A stretch of DNA of 27,420 nt from a virus. Lineage: Duplodnaviria; Caudoviricetes. Shown piece by piece: positions 21,963 through 27,420 of this stretch. Location of the stretch: positions 1 through 27,420 of the IMG/VR virus record IMGVR_UViG_3300033076_000527. One strand, written 5' to 3'. Below the pieces are notes generated by a model that saw only the letters and a program-made list of their open reading frames with translations, made no database searches and was not told the DNA's origin. The translations under genes were made by a program, and so were the position numbers. Each line of letters starts with the position of its first letter. Position 1 is the stretch's first letter.

Positions 21963-24474
21963 CGCTCAACTCCATCATATTCTGTGCCATGGCAAAACCA
22001 AAGACCTCAGCGCTGCCTTCAATCTGCACTTCCCAGTCACGTCCTGAAACAGCGGCCAAGCGAAATGGCGTGCGGTCAATCACGGTATGGGTGTACGCAA
22101 GCACGCCGTCAACATAGAACTTGGCGGTCATAGGGTATGTCTCAGCCTCAAGCTGGGCGCAGGACATGCTCAATGGCTTTGGAAACGTGAACTTCTTAGA
22201 GCGCCACACGTACGACTTGCCAGCACCCTCAAACCATGGCTTAACAGCACGGTCCGCACCCACAACAAACAGCTTGTCCACTTGTAGGTCATTGAAGCCA
22301 GCAGTGGCGTAAATGGACGTGGTGATTAGCGCACCAGAGGTTAAGTCATAGACGAAGCTGCCCTGTGTGGTTCCGTTGTCGTAGAACGCGATGTACTTCA
22401 AGTCGTGCTGGTACGCGTGGATTGAATCCGGCTTGAAGTACGCCTGCCACTGCGCACGAGTGAAATACTGCTCGGTGACAATCTTAGAGCCGTTCGATGA
22501 CAACATTACCAGACCGTCTGGGCTGGCATACAGAACCGCACCGTTGGTACTCACGATGCTACGCTTGGACGCGCAAGCCTGTTCGAGATCAGACTTGACC
22601 ACAGTCATTGAGTCGGGGTGCCCACCTTGGATGAAGTAGGGCGTGCCAGTCGTCAACACAGCCAGCGTAGTATCCATGCGACCCAGCCCCACGACGGGGT
22701 AATCCAAAGATTGTTGGTACTGTACTGGCCAAGCATGGGGGTGGTACGGGTCGCAAAAATACACGTCGCGCCCTTTGAAACCAGCCATGATGCCGTTCGG
22801 CAAGTTGATTAGGCCCCGCATCTCAGCTGGTGGTTCACTCCATGTCAAGCTAGGTACTTCCTCACCCAAACTTGCTGCGTCTACCGCGTCTACGTAAGTC
22901 GTGTCTGTAATGCCGATCTCGGCAACAAATAAATACGACCCTGTGGTGGAGCGGTAGATACGGCGGTGTGTAGCCGCGTAACCAGACGGAATTGACGCAA
23001 AGTTTGTCAGTGTGACTTTCTGACTGGGCAGAACCTCTAGGCTTTGAGATGCAGACGTGCAGGGGGCGGACTCGAACTCAAACCCAGCCTCTTTATTCAC
23101 GATAGTGTATGTGTAGACACGAGTCTCTTGGAACTCCGAACCAACACCAGACTCATTTTTTACATAGGTTGGAACGACAGGGAAATCGCCGCCACGGATG
23201 CGTACGGACGCAAAGCTGCCAGCCAATTCTGTCTGCACGACAGCGATAGGGTGTGTAGTGCCATAGACCGTAACACGCAATCCGTATGACTCAAGTACGT
23301 AGATATTGGCGATGGTAGCGTTTGCTGGAATAGCCACCTTCTTTTCTGCTTCAATGTTGACTGTCAATGCAACAAACTTGCCAGCTAGATACGACGTTAC
23401 ATCGGTGTCTGTAATGATGACGTAGGCTGGCATAGCGGCTTCGGAGCCATCTGACTTTTGCAGTGTTACCTGCGTAGCGCCATTCATGCGCTTGTACTCA
23501 ATGAAGTCGGTAGAGCCGCCACCTTGTGAACCCGGCTGTAAGACAACACAGCTACCATACGCTGTAGCAGTAACCCCAGAAGAAGTTATGGCGGCGGCAA
23601 GCGCAGAAGCACTGGCCATACTGCCTGTTGCTGTGTAGGTCTTCTGGACGCCTGCGCTAGTCCGCACAGTAATCACGTTACCGTTGGCGATAGCGCCAAT
23701 CTCCTCGTCCTCGATGACTACGTAAGCACTGGTGGACGTGTTGCCGGAATCAGACTTGTCTAAGCTGGGGTTATATGTGAACGTTCCAGCAGTATCGGAC
23801 TCTGTATCGACTTGAAATCGCAGCGTGAACGGGCTATTTGTCGAGGAGCCAGTGCGTGTCAAAACGACGTTGCCATTTGACGCAACAGCGTCAATGTCAG
23901 TAAGGACAGTCAACTGCGCAGCAATGGCTGATGCGGTAAGCGTAGTGACCGTAACGTCTGACCACGTTGCCCCGTCTAAGCTAACGCCGACTTTAAATCC
24001 CGATTCAAGCCGAGCAATGTCGGACGCATACAGAGTCACCGTAGAAACAGCACTTGACGCCGTGGCTATTAAGGCCGAGGTGGGGGCTGGAAGCCCTAGA
24101 GGGCGAGAAACTGAGGGGTAGCCAGAGCCAGACAACGCGATGGCCGCGTAGGTAGCCTTAGGCTGCACGCCGTCGGTGTAGAACGTCCATTCGGATGCGT
24201 CACCAGCAATCTGGCTGCGTGCTACATCAACGTCGGTCGTCCAGTGGAACCAATAATCAGAATCAGATGGCGCAGCCTGCCCAAAACGGTAAATGGTCTG
24301 GGGTGTACCCACCTTGGTGAGCGTCGCCGCAGTTGAGCCAACATCAGGGAAAGGGTAGAGCGCCCCAGAAAAAACTGCACAGTCCAGTGCTACCTGTGCT
24401 TGAGTGTCAGCGAGGTAACGTGGGGGTACTTTTGGCGAGATGCCACCAAAGCTAGTGATTTTTACGAGGGCCAT
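21955..24474 (-). CDS. Tail tubular B / DNA stabilisation (nozzle) protein with a large insertion
   Basis: N-terminal FGGISPKVPPRYL..QAQ.A, LGLPAP, TRVYTYT, RRIYRST, LPNGIMAGF, PHAWP, CASKRSIV, YASPDGLV, WRSKKF motifs of podophage nozzle proteins; AAGGA RBS. Confidence 0.75.
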   Translation of the reverse strand: MALVKITSFGGISPKVPPRYLADTQAQVALDCAVFSGALYPFPDVGSTAATLTKVGTPQTIYRFGQAAPSDSDYWFHWTTDVDVARSQIAGDASEWTFYTDGVQPKATYAAIALSGSGYPSVSRPLGLPAPTSALIATASSAVSTVTLYASDIARLESGFKVGVSLDGATWSDVTVTTLTASAIAAQLTVLTDIDAVASNGNVVLTRTGSSTNSPFTLRFQVDTESDTAGTFTYNPSLDKSDSGNTSTSAYVVIEDEEIGAIANGNVITVRTSAGVQKTYTATGSMASASALAAAITSSGVTATAYGSCVVLQPGSQGGGSTDFIEYKRMNGATQVTLQKSDGSEAAMPAYVIITDTDVTSYLAGKFVALTVNIEAEKKVAIPANATIANIYVLESYGLRVTVYGTTHPIAVVQTELAGSFASVRIRGGDFPVVPTYVKNESGVGSEFQETRVYTYTIVNKEAGFEFESAPCTSASQSLEVLPSQKVTLTNFASIPSGYAATHRRIYRSTTGSYLFVAEIGITDTTYVDAVDAASLGEEVPSLTWSEPPAEMRGLINLPNGIMAGFKGRDVYFCDPYHPHAWPVQYQQSLDYPVVGLGRMDTTLAVLTTGTPYFIQGGHPDSMTVVKSDLEQACASKRSIVSTNGAVLYASPDGLVMLSSNGSKIVTEQYFTRAQWQAYFKPDSIHAYQHDLKYIAFYDNGTTQGSFVYDLTSGALITTSIYATAGFNDLQVDKLFVVGADRAVKPWFEGAGKSYVWRSKKFTFPKPLSMSCAQLEAETYPMTAKFYVDGVLAYTHTVIDRTPFRLAAVSGRDWEVQIEGSAEVFGFAMAQNMMELSDV

Positions 24475-24511
24475 ACGGGCTTCCTTTAAGCTACTGCCTA
24501 ATTGTAGAGCT

Positions 24512-25126
24512 TCAAGCCTGTGCTGTGCCAGTGTCGATCACCGCCATGGCGTGCACGGTGTGTGAAATGCGGTCGTTGAGGCCGATTGCGCCACCGTTGA
24601 TCTTCTTGGTCAGGCCAGTCCAGTTGGCAGCCTCAGCCAGCTCATTGCAGCCGTGTGTGCTCCAGAACCAGCCCGCCGTCAGCGCAGCGAACTTGGGCGT
24701 GGCCACAAGCTCAGGGTTCATCACGAAGTCAACGCCGAGCGCCTTACCAGCATGGTAATAACCGCTATGGCCTGTGAGTTGGATGCACCCGCGTCCACGA
24801 AAACGATAACCGTCGCCAGAGGCTTCATCGCGGTTTCCCATACGATTGGCGTAGACGCTGTTGGCGATTTTCTTAGGCTGACGCTCGTATTGCTTGGCAA
24901 ACTCCAGCGTTGGGAAACGCTTAGGCCACAACTTCATCAGGGTTTCGGCACGGTAGTTCAGGTTCTCTTCGAGCACTTTGAAGTTGCCGCACTCATGGCC
25001 GCACTGGCCGATGAAGGCCGCTTGCTGGCGGGGTGTCAGGATGTTGAAACGCGTGAAGGTTTCGTTGAGCGCGTCAACCCACTCAGGGCCGATGTGCATT
25101 GCTTTGAGTTGTTCAGCGTTGACCAT
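24512..25126 (-). CDS. Endolysin, glycoside hydrolase family 19
   Basis: AAFIGQCGHECG...EENLNY, DGYRFRGRGCIQLTG, AGWFW, TKKINGG..GL.DR; GAGG RBS. Confidence 0.93.
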   Translation of the reverse strand: MVNAEQLKAMHIGPEWVDALNETFTRFNILTPRQQAAFIGQCGHECGNFKVLEENLNYRAETLMKLWPKRFPTLEFAKQYERQPKKIANSVYANRMGNRDEASGDGYRFRGRGCIQLTGHSGYYHAGKALGVDFVMNPELVATPKFAALTAGWFWSTHGCNELAEAANWTGLTKKINGGAIGLNDRISHTVHAMAVIDTGTAQA

Positions 25127-25532
25127 TGAGTGTGTCCCTCACTTGGTTGTACCTGTCGATGCAGGAGTTGAGTTCGATGATGGCGCGGTCTCCTTCGGCG
25201 ACGAGCCTGATAAGGTCTTCAACAGTTTGTCCGTCAAGTTCGGCTCGCGCTTGACCATCGTCGGAGGTAGAGGTGGCACATCCACCCTTGGAGGTGACGG
25301 GGACGTACAGCCTTGGGCGGCTAGCAATAATGCCAGAGAGCTTAGTTTCAAACTCTTGCTTAGTTTCAGCGTCTTTTGCATCTTGTTCATCCTTTTGTTT
25401 GGTCATGGCACCGTTGAGCCGCGCGATCTCAAGCGCGTCCTCGGTTTCCTTCTGGGCGTAGCCCTCATGGTGGCCGTAGAAATAGGCGGCAATCGCCAAA
25501 GCGATGCCACCCAAGATCATGTGCGGATTCAT
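25113..25532 (-). CDS. Rz: Rz-like inner-membrane spanin (i-spanin)
   Basis: N-terminal TM helix, coiled coil, RLYVP, ARAELD...L....EGD.AI..LNSC; GGAGG RBS. Confidence 0.88.
   Translation of the reverse strand: MNPHMILGGIALAIAAYFYGHHEGYAQKETEDALEIARLNGAMTKQKDEQDAKDAETKQEFETKLSGIIASRPRLYVPVTSKGGCATSTSDDGQARAELDGQTVEDLIRLVAEGDRAIIELNSCIDRYNQVRDTLNGQR
25139..25381 (-). CDS. Rz1: Rz1-like outer-membrane lipoprotein spanin (o-spanin), embedded in Rz in another frame
   Basis: Basic n-region, hydrophobic LALLLA, lipobox AQGC, Pro-rich mature part (PSPPRVDVPPLPP). ATG 25381 has AAGGA about 9 nt upstream; alternative start 25390. Confidence 0.8.
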   Translation of the reverse strand: MQKTLKLSKSLKLSSLALLLAAQGCTSPSPPRVDVPPLPPTMVKREPNLTDKLLKTLSGSSPKETAPSSNSTPASTGTTK

Positions 25533-26065
25533 GATGCCTCCTGCTTCGCGGCTGCACGCTCGTGAGCGATCTCCTCTGCGGCAGGGTCGATGAAATCAGC
25601 AGGGGTTGATGGAGGAGGTGGTGGAACCCACGACTCGTCCAGATCAGGGTTTTTGTAACCCATGAAGTTCCAGTCTGGTGTGCCCGATGATGCCGTAGGC
25701 GCGGGGCTAGGACTTGGCGCTACGGCTTGGGGCTGTGGGGGTGGTACCAGAGTTGGGGCTACTTTGTTGGCGATCATCTCGCTGGCTTTCTTGGCCACGC
25801 GCATGCCGATCAAGGTTGTGATCGAGCCAGTCATCAACAACACGATGTCGTTGAGCATCTTGGTGTAAGCCATGTCAATGGGTGCCATGGTCTTGATGGG
25901 CTGCTGCACAAAGGTGACTGAGTAGAGCATCATGAACACGAGACCACCGAACACGAGCATAACGACGCCGACCACGAAGGCCCACACCATTACCTCGCAG
26001 AACGCGATCAGTTCATCAGTTGTTTGGAACAGCGCTCGGTGCTGGGTTTGTAGAGATTTGGTCAA
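25529..26065 (-). CDS. Two-TM membrane protein with Pro-rich tail (holin candidate)
   Basis: TTG start with GGAG RBS; TM VMVWAFVVGVVMLVFGGLVFMMLYSV and IVLLMTGSITTLIGM; ATGA overlap with Rz. Confidence 0.65.
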   Translation of the reverse strand: MTKSLQTQHRALFQTTDELIAFCEVMVWAFVVGVVMLVFGGLVFMMLYSVTFVQQPIKTMAPIDMAYTKMLNDIVLLMTGSITTLIGMRVAKKASEMIANKVAPTLVPPPQPQAVAPSPSPAPTASSGTPDWNFMGYKNPDLDESWVPPPPPSTPADFIDPAAEEIAHERAAAKQEAS

Positions 26066-26240
26066 CTTTCTTCTCCAAGATAGGGGCTACAAGGTATTCT
26101 GGGCAATCCTGCGTGAATTGGCAATCAGGTTTTTGGCATCGCTTTGCGTTGAAGTTTTTAGGGTCTTGGCAAAAATACCGAAACCGATCTTCACAACCCA
26201 TCAGGGTTAGAAGCAGGCTTAGTAACAGCAGCTTTTTCAT
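26016..26240 (-). CDS. Small Cys-rich lipoprotein
   Basis: AAGGAG RBS; MKKLLLLSLLLTLMGC lipobox; four further Cys in the mature part. Confidence 0.85.
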   Translation of the reverse strand: MKKLLLLSLLLTLMGCEDRFRYFCQDPKNFNAKRCQKPDCQFTQDCPEYLVAPILEKKVDQISTNPAPSAVPNN

Positions 26241-26520
26241 TTTGCTCCTTCAGTTGTCGTTCCAGTTTTTTCAACTGCTTCAGCTCGTATCGAACGTCGG
26301 CCTTCATTTTCTCAGTCTCAACCAGCACAAGCAAGGACATTGGTAGCGCCAGAAACAGCACCAGACTCAAGACAACAACAGCGACGATAAACCACCGGGT
26401 GTCCTCACGAGCCATCCTAGCGATAGCACTATGGCCCACATCCATAGAATCATTACGAACACCGCCACTGCCGTTAGCGCCCTGTCGATTCGATGATGTT
26501 TGAGAAGCTCTCGTTGCCAT
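26191..26520 (-). CDS. Single-TM protein with C-terminal coiled coil (i-spanin-like topology; start uncertain)
   Basis: TM WFIVAVVVLSLVLFLALPMSLLVLV followed by EKMKADVRYELKQLKKLERQLKEQNEK; overlaps both neighbours. Confidence 0.6.
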   Translation of the reverse strand: MATRASQTSSNRQGANGSGGVRNDSMDVGHSAIARMAREDTRWFIVAVVVLSLVLFLALPMSLLVLVETEKMKADVRYELKQLKKLERQLKEQNEKAAVTKPASNPDGL

Positions 26521-27155
26521 GCTTTGTCTCTTTCGTTCCTAGCCTTGACAGCACGAGCTACCTCCTGCGCCTCAACAATCTCATCATACTTGATAAGGAA
26601 GTCTTCGTACATGGCCCCAAGGCCCAATTCACGCGGTGTGCCGTAGATCATGGCCTGCTTGAGCTGCGCAGACAGCTGGTTCATCTGCCACTGAATCTCG
26701 ATACGGTCAATCGCGCTGTCTGCAACTTTGTCCGTTGTCAGGGACTGCTCTTCGAGCTCTTGGCAGTGTTCCTTCAAAGCCCGCATGGCCTCGAAGTAGA
26801 CCTTCAGGTTTTCGCAGATTTCGTGGACTGACCGCGCTTGGTACTCTTCGTAGCTGAGTTCTGGCTCCGGCTCTTTGCGCTTGGCTTTCTTGGGCTCTGG
26901 TTTTTCTTCGGCTTTGGCAGCGGGGGCTGCGATGGCTGGAATGTTGGTGGGCTTGGGGTCGTTACCGAGGAGACCTTGAATCCATCCCCAGATTCCGGTG
27001 ACTTCTTTGTAGATGGCTTTGGCGTCGGCAACTCCACCTTCGATTTGCTTTTTGAACTTGCCGATCTCAGCTTTACCTTCTCGAAGCATTTGGCAGCCAG
27101 CACTGATAGCGCTGACCGCACTTTGGGCCATGAGAAGGAGCGAGATAGGGTCCAC
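26367..27155 (-). CDS. Helical protein with amphipathic MDPIS N-terminus and C-terminal TM segment
   Basis: GTG start 1 nt after the upstream TGA; coiled-coil core; TM ALTAVAVFVMILWMWAIVLSLGWLV. Confidence 0.7.
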   Translation of the reverse strand: MDPISLLLMAQSAVSAISAGCQMLREGKAEIGKFKKQIEGGVADAKAIYKEVTGIWGWIQGLLGNDPKPTNIPAIAAPAAKAEEKPEPKKAKRKEPEPELSYEEYQARSVHEICENLKVYFEAMRALKEHCQELEEQSLTTDKVADSAIDRIEIQWQMNQLSAQLKQAMIYGTPRELGLGAMYEDFLIKYDEIVEAQEVARAVKARNERDKAWQRELLKHHRIDRALTAVAVFVMILWMWAIVLSLGWLVRTPGGLSSLLLS

Positions 27156-27156
27156 A

Positions 27157-27420
27157 TCAATGCACCGTAATTCCTAGCTTCGTTTGAGCGCCCAACCACA
27201 ACAACCCGAGCACAATGACAATGGCTGCAAGGATGCCTTTCTTGGCAACTTCACGCTTGAGGTCATTCCAGAACTCGGCCTGCGCTTCGGCAGCACGAAT
27301 CAGAGACTCGTGGTACTTGCGGTGGCCTTCGTAGTCCACATTGCCATCTTCGTCCTTGGGGAACGCGGAGCGCATGTGTTTGACTTCGGCCAAGATCAAG
27401 TCGAGCTTCTTCTCGATGGA
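27157..27420 (-). CDS. Membrane-anchored coiled-coil protein (holin/XhlA-like topology), 5'-truncated by the window edge
   Basis: The frame is open to position 27420 (SIEKKLDLILAEVK...); C-terminal TM GILAAIVIVLGLLWLGA. Confidence 0.65.
   Translation of the reverse strand, partial: SIEKKLDLILAEVKHMRSAFPKDEDGNVDYEGHRKYHESLIRAAEAQAEFWNDLKREVAKKGILAAIVIVLGLLWLGAQTKLGITVH

Noticed and set aside
24475-24511. TACAAT -10-like hexamer upstream of the tail gene (and CATAAT upstream of the GNAT gene near 19920)
   Set aside because: No convincing -35 element at proper spacing; too weak to call as promoters.

Overview
This window is a gene-dense segment of a dsDNA tailed phage of podovirus type. The Rz/Rz1 spanins indicate a Gram-negative host. 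Two arms converge head-to-head at about 10462. The + arm (1-10462) is a DNA replication/recombination module: family A DNA polymerase (Leu762 type), Cas4-like PD-(D/E)xK nuclease, VRR-NUC nuclease, SNF2-like helicase, RyR-domain protein, putative SSB, AEP primase-DUF927 helicase, HicA-like protein, MazG/PRA-PH-like NTP pyrophosphohydrolase and an HNH protein. The - arm (27420 to 10463) is a late operon. It begins with an unusually large lysis/membrane cassette of 8 tightly packed, largely overlapping genes, including embedded Rz/Rz1, a possible second spanin pair and a GH19 endolysin. Next come a tail tubular/stabilisation protein with a ~300-aa three-repeat insertion, a tail fibre, a GNAT-like protein and three internal virion/ejection proteins (one with an S74 chaperone domain, one 1948-aa protein with an HExxH metallopeptidase). 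The operon ends in three tiny basic proteins, two of which are missing from the supplied ORF track. No capsid, portal, terminase, integrase, tRNA or CRISPR array was seen. All family assignments come from motif recognition by eye, not from database searches.
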